From: Octopus vulgaris
Taxonomy: Eukaryota
Direction of reading: 5' to 3'
DNA: 64,000 bases
Assembly: GCA_951406725.2 (NCBI GenBank)
Contig: OX597815.1
Location: 13,888,001 to 13,952,000, forward strand
Positions 1 through 11,022 of the stretch are shown piece after piece (position 1 is the stretch's first letter; each line of letters starts with the position of its first letter). Position numbers and translations under genes: made by a program. The notes beneath the pieces are model-generated. The model was not told the DNA's origin, searched no databases, and worked only from the letters and a program-made list of their open reading frames with translations.

Positions 1-44
1 AGATAGATAGATAGATTGATAGATAGACAGACAGACAGACAAAC

Positions 45-106
<62 letters not shown>

Positions 107-166
107 GTAGACAGATAGATAGATAGATAGATAGACAGATAGACAGACAGACAGACATACATACAT

Positions 167-197
<31 letters not shown>

Positions 198-254
198 TAC
201 AGATAGATAGATAGATAGATAGATAGGTAGATAGATAGATAGATAGATAGATAT

Positions 255-350
<96 letters not shown>
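1..350. repeat. (GATA)n/(GACA)n compound microsatellite
   Basis: Continuous AGAT/AGAC tetranucleotide units. Confidence 0.98.
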
Positions 351-351
<1 letters not shown>

Positions 352-710
352 AAATTCTGAATCTCAGCGATTTTGGATATATAATATTTTTCAAACAACA
401 CTTTATTTTTCTTCTATCCAGACACGCTCATTCACTTACATATTTTAAAATAACATAACACAATTTAGATGAGTATGAGTATACACAAATAAACATATAC
501 ACAAACTCGAATACACACCGACACATATATATATATTACTTATTTGGGTTATTTAGTTTAAACAATATTAGTATTTGATTAATATATAGTATTCGATTTA
601 ATCTTGCCATTCTCTTTTCTCTCCGACATAACAATTATTGGAAATTATCTCTGTCTGTACTAATTTACTCGCAGGATTTCGGTCTTTTTTATTATTTTCT
701 TTATAATTAA

Positions 711-1107
711 CTAGCAGTATCGCCCGGCGTTGCTCGGGTTTCTAAGGGAAATAAATATATAAGCATTTTTAGAGATGTAAAGTATAATAGCCATCTAAAT
801 ATGGCTAACCACAAAGGGGGTGGGGTGTTACTGTAGCTTTTTACGTTCTGAGATTTAATAATAAACTTTTAGAGAGTTACTTCCATTATATATGCCAAAA
901 ATGCATTAAAATGGGAAAAATTGATGGTAATTTTTTTTTAAATCGTAGACTCATCGTAGACGCGCGCTAATACCCAGAAGGACTCGATATGAATCACGAC
1001 TATAAGATACCCGGTTTTGGTTAAACTGCACCGCAAAATGTGGGAGTAGTTAGGAATCTAAATTGTTGGAGACAGACAGCACACAACCTCTCTTTTATAT
1101 ATAAAGA
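711..1107 (-). mobile_element. Non-autonomous Helitron, copy 1
   Basis: Minus strand starts TCTTTATATATAAAAGAG and ends with the hairpin CCCGAGCAACGCCGGGCG then ATACTGCTAG. It sits between A and T with no TSD. Related copies at 10095, 38471 and 63946. Confidence 0.85.
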
Positions 1108-1477
1108 TTTCCGAGATGTTGAACTAGATCTGTTTTGTGGTCAATTTTGGATACTGAATTCTTATGTAACAGACGTTTCATATTTGGGACATAAGCTTTG
1201 AAGTCATCATATGATACTTCTAACTTTATCCAATTCTATATTTGTCGTGAATTCTAGAAAGAACAGCAGAAAGCCCGGAGAATACATTACAAAAAAGGCA
1301 GAATTAAAAAAAGAGGGACACAGCGAGGGTCAAAGAGGTTTTAAAAAATGATCTAAGCATAATTCGGTTTGCTTTTCACAATTTCCACTTTTTTTATTGA
1401 TTGTTTGTTCGGTATCTCCGATTTCTATTGGTGTTATTTTAATCAGGTTGAAGTTGTAAAATATTATAGTATAGTAC

Positions 1478-1690
1478 AGCTGTAGAAATGAGTTGCGACG
1501 TCACTGGTGCCAAGCTGTATCGACCTTTGTCTTTCCCTTGGATAACACTGGTGGCGTGGAGAGAGAAGGCTGGTATGCATGGGCGACTGCTGGTCTTCCA
1601 TAAACAACCTTGCCCGGACTTGTGTCTAGGAGGGTAACTTTCTAGGTGCAATCCCATGGTCATTCATGACCGAAGGGGGTCTTTACCCTA
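1478..1690. mobile_element. Probable interspersed repeat fragment (SINE-like), unclassified
   Basis: GC-richer island in AT-rich DNA that resembles a cephalopod interspersed repeat. Single copy in this window. Confidence 0.35.
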
Positions 1691-1759
1691 GTAACAGTGG
1701 AAGCGGCAATGAAATCAGTCTATATTCGGCACTTATCTTTCACTCTAGGTTTATATTAA

Positions 1760-1968
1760 TTCAAATTTTGACACAAGGCAAGCAGTTTTCTGGGAAGGAG
1801 TAAGTAGATTACATCAATTCAAGCGCTCAACTGGTACTTATTTTATCCACTCCGAAAATATGAAAGGCAAAATCGACCTCGGCGAAATTTGAACCCAGGC
1901 CGTACAGGTAGACAAAATGTCGCTAAACCTTTTCCCGACGTGCTAACGATTCTCCCAGCTTGCTGCCT
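1760..1968 (-). mobile_element. tRNA-derived SINE family A, diverged copy
   Basis: Reverse-complement similarity to family A (GGCAGCAAGCTGGGAGAATCGTTAGCACG...GGTTCAAATTTCGCCGAGGTCGATTTTGCCTTTCAT). Confidence 0.8.
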
Positions 1969-1987
1969 TAACCTCTAGCTATATATT

Positions 1988-2415
1988 GGTTTCAAATTTT
2001 GGTACAAGGCCAGCAGTTTTGGAGGAGGGGACAAGTCGAATAAATCGACCTCAGGGCTCACTGGTATTTATTTTGTCGAGCTGGCAGAAACGTTAGCACG
2101 CCGGGCGAAATGCTAAGCGGTATTTCGTCTGCGTTACGTTGTGAGTTCAAATTCCGCCGAGGTCGACTTTAATCCTTTCGGGATCAATAAATTAAGTACC
2201 AGTTACGCACTGGGAGCGATGTAATCGACTTAATACCTATGTCTGTCCTTGTTTGTCCCCTCTGTGTTTAGCCCCTTGAGGTTAATAAAGAAATAGGTAT
2301 TTATTTTGTTGAATCTGAATCAACCTTGATGAAATTTGAACTCAGAACGTAGAGACTGACGAAATGCCGCTAAGCTTCGTGACTGTCGCGCTAACGATTC
2401 TGCCAGCTCAAGGCC
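1988..2415 (-). mobile_element. SINE family A copy interrupted by a second SINE
   Basis: 3' part at about 1988-2076 and 5' part at about 2296-2415 flank the plus-strand copy at 2077-2295. Confidence 0.75.
2077..2295 (+). mobile_element. SINE family A (Deu/Nin-like core), young copy with 14-bp TSD
   Basis: A box GCTGGCAGAAACG and B box GAGTTCAAATTCC, core ATCCTTTCGGG..ATAAATTAAGTACCAG, tail AAAGAAATA. TSD GGTATTTATTTTGT at 2063-2076 and 2296-2309. Confidence 0.9.
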
Positions 2416-3227
2416 TTAACCCTGAATATATATTAGCAATATATTTTGATCAAAATATGACCGCGTACACAACACATGTTGTTTTCTGCCAACCAAGGAT
2501 AATAAGTTCTGTCTACCCGTTTTCGGAATGGCCATTGACTCTGTTTAGTTCCTCTGAGCTCTGCTGGGTTTTGTTTTTAATCCCGCAGGGTGTCGAAATT
2601 CCATCCTCCTTACTATGCAAGCTTAGTGGGGTTTCTGGTTTACTCGCCGACGACACGACGGATTCACAACGCCACTTGTTAATTATTCTGGGTAATTATC
2701 AATCTGGGTAATTATTTACTTGTTCACTATTATAAATTCACTATTAGTACTATAGTCCTTGTCTTATTATTCACTTGTTCACAACTATAGTTTCCCAGTA
2801 TTATACATATATTATTACTAGAAGTCTGAGGGTTCCTAGTATTGTCTCCCCCAATTTCATTAGACAAAATATACTGGCAGATTTATGGCAGATGCAGCGG
2901 CGTTAAACAGAGAAGCGGTTTTATTGTGTCATCTAATACAGAATTTTTGATTGGAGTGCTACTTGACATAACTGGCGGTGGATTGGCGGCGGGTAAGAGT
3001 GGATATTTGAGAGTAGCGTCAAGTTGGGACTGGCATAGCTAAGATATAAAAAAATTATAAACAACATCTCAAAGTTTTGTTGTAGGCATTCACACGATAG
3101 GATCTCCATTTAACAGCACTCCCCCAAAATGTGTAAGCCTTTTCTATTCCTATGTTTGCTAAAACTTTGAGATGTTTATAGATTTTAGTATCTTGGTTAA
3201 GATGTGATTTTCCATAGATAACTTCCT

Positions 3228-3362
3228 TATTATCATCATCACCATCATCGTCGTCGTCGTCGTTGTTGTTGTTGTTGTTGTTATTGCTGTTGTTATTATT
3301 GCTGTTGTTGTTATGTTGTTGCTATTGTTGTTGTTATTATTGATTTTGTTGTTGTTATTGTT
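3228..3362. repeat. Compound trinucleotide microsatellite (CAT/CGT/TGT/TAT)
   Basis: Direct inspection. Confidence 0.9.
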
Positions 3363-3364
3363 AA

Positions 3365-3575
3365 GACAGGAAGACGGCTGAACCGTTAGCACACCAGAAA
3401 AAACTGCTTAGCATCATTTCATCTCCGTTTATGTTCTGAGTTCAAATCCTTCTGAGGATGATTTTGCCTTTCATACTTTCGGGGTTAATAAGATAAGAAC
3501 TATCAAGTGCTGAAGTAGATATAATTGACTTCCTCCTCCGCTCAAACAATATTGGCGCTGCGCCAAAGCCTAACA
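3365..3575 (+). mobile_element. SINE family A, diverged copy
   Basis: CGTTAGCAC...GAGTTCAAATCC...TTTGCCTTTCATACTTTCGGGG. Confidence 0.75.
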
Positions 3576-4046
3576 ACTTCTGTGATATTACTCGAAAATA
3601 GGGTTTGATATATGAGAAAATTTCTAGTGCTGAAATGCTTCTTTATATCTTATGACTAAATTGATCATGGCTTTGAGAAACTGGTCAATTACGCATTCAT
3701 TTAGTCCTTCAAAGTGATTTTTAGATTTTATTTCGAACTTAAACCGTTCTTTAAGAATAAAGAGTACTAGCCTCACAAATAGAGGCTATGGACTGCTGTC
3801 CGAAGAGCGCCTACAAAAAAGAATTTCTTACTGTTTTCTCTTCTTCATCCCATTCTGAACGAACAAGCAACCGCTGAAATGGCAGCTTCAGCGGCACCAA
3901 CACCAAGGACATGAACACTGAGAGCCGCAACAGCATATAATGTAATGAAATTGTCAAAAGCCCGCAGCACACCAGACATTTCCTCGTCACTACAGGCAAC
4001 GTCAATGATAATAACGATGGACATGGAAGCACTCCGTCGGTTACGA

Positions 4047-4409
4047 CGACCAGGGTTCCGGTTGATCCGAATCAACGGAACAGCCTGCTCGTGAAATTAA
4101 CGTGTAAGTGGATGAGCACTCCACGGACACGTGTACCCTTAACGTAGTTCTCGGGGATATTCAGCGTGACACAGAGAGTGACAAGGCCGGCCCTTTGAAA
4201 TAGAGGTACAGCAGAAACAGGAAGTAAGAGTGAGAGAAAGTTGTGGTGAAAGAGTACGGCAGGGATCACCACCATCCCCTGCCGGAGCCTCGTGGAGCTT
4301 TAAGGTGTTTTCGCTCAATAAACACTCACAACGCCCGGTCTGGGAATCGAAACCGCGATCCTACGACCGCGAGTCCGCAGCCCTAACCACTGGGTCATTG
4401 CGCCTCCAC
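4047..4409 (-). mobile_element. tRNA-derived SINE family C
   Basis: Minus strand begins with a tRNA-like head GGAGGCGCAATGACCCAGTGGTTAGGGCTGCGGACTCGCGGTCGTAGGATCGCGGTTTCGATTCCC, followed by a roughly 290-nt non-tRNA body. Confidence 0.8.
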
Positions 4410-7049
4410 TAATAACGATACAAGTAAAGCAACAAATAATAATCATTAGCATCAAGAAAAATAACAGCGTTGATAATAAGACCAAAATATGGAAATTGAA
4501 AATTAGCAACAGCAACAGTACAACGACATCCACCCCCCACCGCCAGCACAATGTCACTGCATTAACACTGATGCCAGCAATACTGTCAATAGCACGGCTA
4601 GTAACCCAACTCCTAATTGATTCCGCCTACACTTGTCGATTAGAGAGAAAAGTTCAACTTCAGAAAGATTGGAAAATGATAAATATTTCCTGATGAAAAT
4701 TGGTAAAAGTGTTCCTAAAAAAGATGGAGAGGCAGATTAAAAATGACATGCGGTAAATTAAACGTAGGAGTGAAAAACTAGAAAATGGGGCGTAAGCAAA
4801 AACACTTATTAAGAAGTATCTTACAAAATTGGGGTCACAACTTACTTTGTTCGACGGTAAGTGTTCACCTCGTTTGAAGAAACTTTCTTTACATTTCTAT
4901 GAAGTAACAAACAGGTACTCAGCTGGAGAAATAAGATGAGGGACGATGTGCCAAAGGAAAGAAATATCAGAAGGGAACTAGTGATCGTTTTCTATTGAAT
5001 ATAGGAGAACAACCCATATGTTATAAGTCCACGGACTACGAAATAAAGGAAAAAATGAAAACCGGTCAACCATAGCGATTGAAATATTGACCAAAAATAA
5101 AAACATCAGAAAAACAAGGAATCCATCACAGAGATGTCTAGTCTGCAAAATTTCGTTGTTGAATGAATGCCACCAGCATGCCACCTATGTATTAGTATAA
5201 ACCATCCGAAGGGACTCTATTCCTAGCAAATTATGGTGACCACAATATCCGCTCTGTGGTCAACGACATTGACACAAGACAAACAAGAGGAGTCATCGGG
5301 GTAGCAACGGCTGCAAATAGACAGACACCAGTGCCAATTAGAGAAACGGCAGTTAGAGACGGCCTAGGAAGAAGAGCTGCATCAATAAAAACAGAAACAG
5401 AAATAACGAAACGATAGAAGAACTGGTACATTATCATATGAACACCATTTTAACTACCACGAAAACCACATACAATACCAGCACTGCTACCAGCACAACA
5501 AATACAAACACAACCTAATCTAGGCCCACACAAATAACAAGAACACACATTAAACAAACTACTAAACATCAATCTATAACAGCATAGATATTGTATTTAA
5601 ACTACATCCGCTAGAGGGACCTTGCTACAGCAGTTCCAGGTTTTTGAGGAGTGTGGACCTATCTCTTAGCCACTATTGTTTCCAAGTCTACTCTGACCCG
5701 TAGTAATAGCACCTATTAGAGACCCACTTGTGGCTTAACTAGTTTGTGCCGTTTAGAATATTTATAGTGGTTTCTCTCGCTTTCTTATTCGTCTAACATG
5801 GCCATATGTGAAAGTACGAGGTCTAAGATCACGTTGGAAATATGAACACTATTTTAACGAACTGAAGTCAGTAGAAGCAATTGTGCTGTCCATCAGCGGG
5901 ACCAGAGTTGTCTAGGGATGTGCCTTAATAACCACCTTCGGTAGCTACGGTCTTCATACTTCACCATTTTAGCAAGGGTAGGGAAGCAGAGTTGGGTCAA
6001 AGCATCCAGACACCCCCGCCAATTTGCTGCATATGCTTCTCCGTAGATTCCCTTTTTCTTTCTATTTACACTTCACCTTTCTAAGTATTACCTTTCATTT
6101 GTTTTTTATTTTATTTTTCTGTCTTGTTATTTTAGCATCTATTCTATTACATTTCGGTAAGTAGAGATAAGTCCTGCACGTATTGTTTGTTTTTTCTTCA
6201 CTTTTATGCACTTTGTTTCCTTTAAATACTTTTTATTGTTTTTAAGCTCGAATGTAAAGAGTTTAACAGCATTTGGATTGCACTTCGACTCTCTGGATAG
6301 TACCACTGTTGTTGAATGTACATTAAATTATTCCGTTTCTTTTCTGAATAGTTTCCTCGTATAGAATTTCGTTCACAACCCGCTTACATTTAATTATACT
6401 TTCTAGGAGATGCTTGTTTCATATGTAGCTAGTGTAGATGCTTACGTAGATCTACGATCAAAAACTTAGTTTCTCTTTTTTACTCTGATTTCAAAGTTTG
6501 TTTTGGAATATCTACTGTTTTATGTCAAGTTAATATATTGTGATGTGCATCTGTATTCGGACTTTTGTTAAATACAGGTGGCCAAGAGTATCGTTTTATA
6601 CAGATGGGCTCGACGGTTCAATGTGGACTTCTTTATTTTTCATTATCCACTTTGAAATTTCGTTTGTTTGCTGAAATACTTTTTTCTTATGCGGTATATA
6701 TTCTATTGTGATATATTTATTGGTTTGTGTTAGGTTATCACCCTTTGTCTGTGGTCAATTGTTTTGTCTTATTCTGTCAGTGTTTATTTTATATATGCTC
6801 TTTGCTCTTTACTCTTTTACTAGTTTCAGTCATTTGACTGTGGCCATGCTGGAGTCCCACCTTTAGTCGAGCAAATCGACCCCAGGAATTCTTTGTAAGT
6901 ACTATTATTTGTAAGTCTAGTACTTATTCTATCGTCTCTTTTGCCGAAACGTTAAGTTACGGGGACGCAAACACGCCAGCATCGGTTGACAAGCGATGTT
7001 GGGGGGACAAACACAGACACACAAATATATACACACACACATATAAATG

Positions 7050-7251
7050 TGACCTCGTGTGTACCGTTGGCGATTGTTTTCCTCTGTCTTCCCTTCTCGG
7101 GATCTTTCCTTCTCCTGTTTCCGACGAAGAGCTCCACTCGAAACGTTAAACCCTCCTTCTTCCGTTCTTTCCTGAGCGTCCAATAATACTATATTTGTTC
7201 CACGTCCTCGCGTTCTTGTGTTTTTTTTTGTGTTTTCTTGTTTGGATTAAC

Positions 7252-7255
<4 letters not shown>
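7050..7255 (+). mobile_element. Short non-autonomous Penelope-type repeat carrying a hammerhead-like motif
   Basis: Closely similar copy at 22487-22682. Contains GTTT-CCGACGA-A-GAG..CTC-GAAA-CG-TT-AAAC. Confidence 0.65.
7117..7151 (+). ncRNA. Minimal type-I hammerhead-like motif (CCGACGA core variant)
   Basis: Helix I GTTT/AAAC, helix II GAG/CTC, GAAA, palindromic ACGT helix III. Confidence 0.5.
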
Positions 7256-7304
<49 letters not shown>

Positions 7305-8145
7305 GACGGGCTTCTTTCAGTTTCCGTCTAAAAAATCCACCCACAAGGCTTTGGTTGACCCGAGGCTATAGTAGAAATCACTTGCCCAAGGTTCCACACA
7401 ATGGGACTGAACCCGGAACCATGTGGATCGTAAGCAAGCTACTTACACACAACCACTCCTACGCCTCACTTTCCCTATAAGCCCACTCCCATGCACAAGC
7501 TTGCTTGTATTACTCTTATCCCCGCACTGCGTTTTCTTTTATTCTTCACTCCTCAGACGTAATTTTTAGTGCTCTTGTGTATTGCATGTAATGTTGACTC
7601 GTAACTGGAATTTATTTACTTCTATGTATAATATTCATTAGTTAAGCTTTCTCTTTGAATCTTTTTTTTTCTTTTGCTTTTCATATCTAACATGGTAAGA
7701 CAGATTTCTTAGCTGAAGTCGTTCCTTTGAGGGCAAAACGCTTCTGAACCGCATATTACATTACTTTTCAATCGAAATCACTTTAATTCGCACTATGCTA
7801 GATGGTAATATTTTATTGCTGTGTAAAATATTTAAGCATTTGTATTTAAATTATGTTCGTTTTATTTTAAAGTATCTACGTTTTCTTTCCTTTATATTCA
7901 GAACTTTGCTTCGCATTGTTTTGTATGACGCCAGTTTTTCGTCTAAGTAAGTGTTTATCCTTATCTAAATACCATTATGTGTGTCTTCAAATAAAAATCA
8001 GTTTTACTTACTTCATATTGCATTTCTCATAGAGAAATTCTATATAATTTTACAATTTTGATTTTGGTTATATGTATTTTAACGAGTTTATTCCAGTTCT
8101 TCAGAATTAAGTTTCCATGCCTCCTTTATTCAACCCGACTTTGCC

Positions 8146-8450
8146 GATTATTATTATTATTATCATTAATATTACTATTATTATTATTACTATTATTATT
8201 ATTATCATTAATATTACTATTATTATTATTATCATTAATATTACTATTATTATTATTATCATTAATATTACTATTATTATTATTATTAATACTATTATTA
8301 TTATTATTATTTAATATTACTATTATCATTATTATTATTATTATTATTATTAATATTACTATTATTATTATTATTATTATTATTAATATTAATATTATTA
8401 TCATTATTATCATTAATATTACTATTATTATTATCATCATCATCATCATC
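8146..8450. repeat. (TTA)n-derived microsatellite with higher-order ATTAATATTACTATT units
   Basis: Direct inspection. Confidence 0.95.
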
Positions 8451-8459
8451 TTTATTAAG

Positions 8460-8726
8460 TAAGTGAGAAAGCAGTGCGTGTCATTAGAGTGACACTGGGG
8501 GAAAATATACGCAGTATAACCATCATGACTACTCGTCAGATAAGTGTAGACCAGGCACATGCATCGCAACCATATGGGCTCGACATAGTGAACTCATACC
8601 AACACAAACAGCGCATGAACTTGCAGGTGGGGTCCAGTTAGAATTTTCTTCAGGTCTACTAGCCCATCCTGCTAAAATGATCCCTCAGTAAGAGGTTCTT
8701 TAAGGATGTTCAACGGAACACCCGTG

Positions 8727-8728
<2 letters not shown>
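8460..8728 (-). mobile_element. (TAA)n-associated retroposon 3' end
   Basis: Homologous to 54113-54330 (AAACAGCGCATGA.CT.GCAGGTGGGG.CCAGTTAGAATTTTCTTCAGGTC). Both copies abut (TTA)n on the same side. Strand inferred from the tail. Confidence 0.65.
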
Positions 8729-8792
<64 letters not shown>

Positions 8793-8795
<3 letters not shown>

Positions 8796-9311
8796 TAGTT
8801 TTATTTTTATAGCGTGCTTTCACTTCACTACCGAGCGCAGCTTTGTGTGCCTTAGGTATGTGCTGTGATTTGTTGTGATGCTCTGATGGTTATTGTATGG
8901 AAAGTGTTCTGCGTAGGATGTGTGCAGTGCCTAGTAGTGCAATTTTCTGTATGTTATATGTGTTTGTAAGTCCTGGTGTTTTTGTTATGTATTTGTCTGA
9001 ATATTTTTTTATCATGCCTAATGCACCTACTATGATAGGAATTGTTTCTGTTTTCAGGTTCCACATTCTAGTTACCTCTATTTCCAGGTCTTTGTATTTT
9101 GAGAGTTTCTCCATTTCTTTTAGAGACACGTTGTCATCTGCCGGTATTGATACATCAATTAGAAAGCATGTTTTTCTTCATGATCTCTGACAACTATATC
9201 TGGTCTGTTGGCCTTAATTTCTCTATCTGTGTGTATCGGCATATCCCAGAGTATGGTTACTTTCTCGTTTTCTGTGACCTTTTCTGGTGTGTGCCTATAC
9301 CATCTTTTTTC

Positions 9312-9313
<2 letters not shown>
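8793..9313 (-). mobile_element. 5'-truncated R4/Dong-clade LINE (restriction-like endonuclease C-terminus plus 3' UTR)
   Basis: WYRHTPEKVTENEKVTILWDMPIHTDREIKANRPDIVV, one frameshift, then IDVSIP...KLSKYKDLEIEVTRMWNLKTETIPIIVGALG...QKIALLGTAHILRRTLSIQ*. Flanked on both sides by (TAA)n. Confidence 0.9.
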
Positions 9314-9370
<57 letters not shown>

Positions 9371-9409
9371 TCATTATCATTATCATCATCATTATTATTA
9401 TCCTTATTA

Positions 9410-10800
9410 TTGTTAAGCTAGTGCACGCTAATTTAGTTAGAAAGTATTTGATCATGAAGGCTTATTGGCAACACGCTTCCTCAAATATCGAGAATCTTCC
9501 TTAGGATTCTTGCTGAATATAGGTTGATAGTTTTCTGCAGATAGTCAATGCGAGTTTCTGTTCAAAACTCTTTCAGTCTTTTAGATAACATTTTGTTGAG
9601 CCAAATGCACCAATTACTACAAGTATAATTGTTCTAGTCGTCTCCTCAGCTCTCTGGGTAGATCCTGATTTGTAACATTATTTTCATTTTCTTTAGAATC
9701 GACTGTGTTATATCGTACAGAAATTACAAAACCTATGATCTTATAGTTTCTTCTCTCCTCTATAATCATATCTAGCCTTCTTGCTAGATATGATTGTAGA
9801 GGATATAATTATTATATGGTCGGTCTTCATGTGAAATGCCCAAATCTTATAAATTCCTAATTCTATCACAGCCTCTGCTTCCTGTTCGTACCTCTTTTCT
9901 TTTCCTTTGAAGCCACAGACTCGAGTATTATCCCTATGCATTCTATTGCCTACGTAGTCATATCTGCGCTTATAATCATATTGTACTGGTATACTGCATT
10001 CGCTAAAAAGATGATTGATACATTTGTCTCCTTTCCTTCAAATTCTACAGTTGATGCCTGACTGAGTATTGTCGAACTTTGCATTTATCAGGTACTAGCA
10101 GTATCGCCCGGTGTTGCTCGGGTTTGTAAGGGAAATAACTATATAAGCATTTTTAGAGAGTTATAGCCAAAAAATAGCAAAAAAATGCATTAAAAATGTG
10201 GAAAAAATGATGGTAATTTTTTTTAAATCGTTGACTCATCAAAGACATTTTTAGAGAGTTACTTCCCTTATATAATAGCGAAGAAAATGCATTAAAATGG
10301 AAAAAAATTATGGTATTTTTTTTTAAATCGTAGACTCATCGTAGACGATCGCTAATACCCAGAAGGGCTCGATATGAATCACGACTATAAGATACCCGAT
10401 TTTGGTTAAACTGCACCGCAAAATGTGGGAGCAGTTAGGAATCTAAATCGTAGGAGACAGACACACAACTTCTCTTTTATATATAAAGATATTCTAATGA
10501 TTGTTCCGAATGGCTCTCATTAGCGTTTCTGTCCGTCCTTTCAAGTTCCTCTCCGTCAGCCAGAACCAGTGATCTCTATTTTCAACATTTCCACCATGCA
10601 ATTACATTCTTTTCCATTTGTTTACTCTGTTGTTCTTCCTCTTACTTTTTTTATTCTCCTACTGTTTCGGTTACTCTTTCACTATTTCTGGATAGCGATA
10701 ATACGCTGTCCTTACTCTACACAATAAAAATTTTGCAGACCCAGTATTGCACTATTAACAATGTTTTCTGAGTTTATCAATCATCTGGAAACTTCCTTTC
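9410..10800 (-). mobile_element. Decayed R4/Dong-clade LINE interrupted by a Helitron and bordered by a SINE
   Basis: Zn-knuckle remnant NCRI*..CINHLFSEC...YKRRYDYVGNRMH, VVIGAFG, and C-terminus LQKTINLYSARILRKILDI*. Upstream boundary approximate. Confidence 0.75.
10095..10489 (-). mobile_element. Non-autonomous Helitron, copy 2
   Basis: Same TC start, hairpin and CTAG end as 711-1107. A|T target. Internal duplication of about 100 bp. Confidence 0.85.
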
Positions 10801-10834
10801 TTAGTAAGTAGAGTAGGTCGGTATTGCTTTTAGG

Positions 10835-11022
10835 CTTAGCGGTATTTCGTCTGCGTTACGTTGTGAGTTCAAATTCCGCCGACGTCGACTTTGCCTCTCA
10901 TCCTTTCGGGTCGATAAATTAAGTACCAGTTAAGCACTGGGGTCGATATAATCGACTTAATACCTATGTTTGTCCATGTTTGTCCCCTCTATGTTCAGCC
11001 CCTTGTGGGTGATAAAGAAATA
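10835..11022 (+). mobile_element. SINE family A, 5'-truncated, 15-bp TSD
   Basis: TSD GGTATTGCTTTTAGG at 10820-10834 and 11023-11037. Confidence 0.9.

Larger units (their letters stand above)
6801..7464 (-). mobile_element. tRNA-derived SINE family B, split by an insertion in its internal microsatellite
   Basis: Head GGCGTAGGAGTGGTTGTGTGT..GGTTCAGTCCC, CCTTGGGCAAGT core, tail CAGCATGGCCACAGTCAAATGACTGAAAC+(GTAAAAGA)n. Insert at about 7050-7255. Confidence 0.9.

Noticed and set aside
4340-4409. Possible tRNA gene
   Set aside because: It is the head of a SINE. The acceptor stem is not intact and it runs into a SINE body.
8058-8569. Poly-Ile/Leu/Asn ORFs here, and the many YI/CV-repeat ORFs elsewhere
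   Set aside because: Microsatellite translation artefacts.
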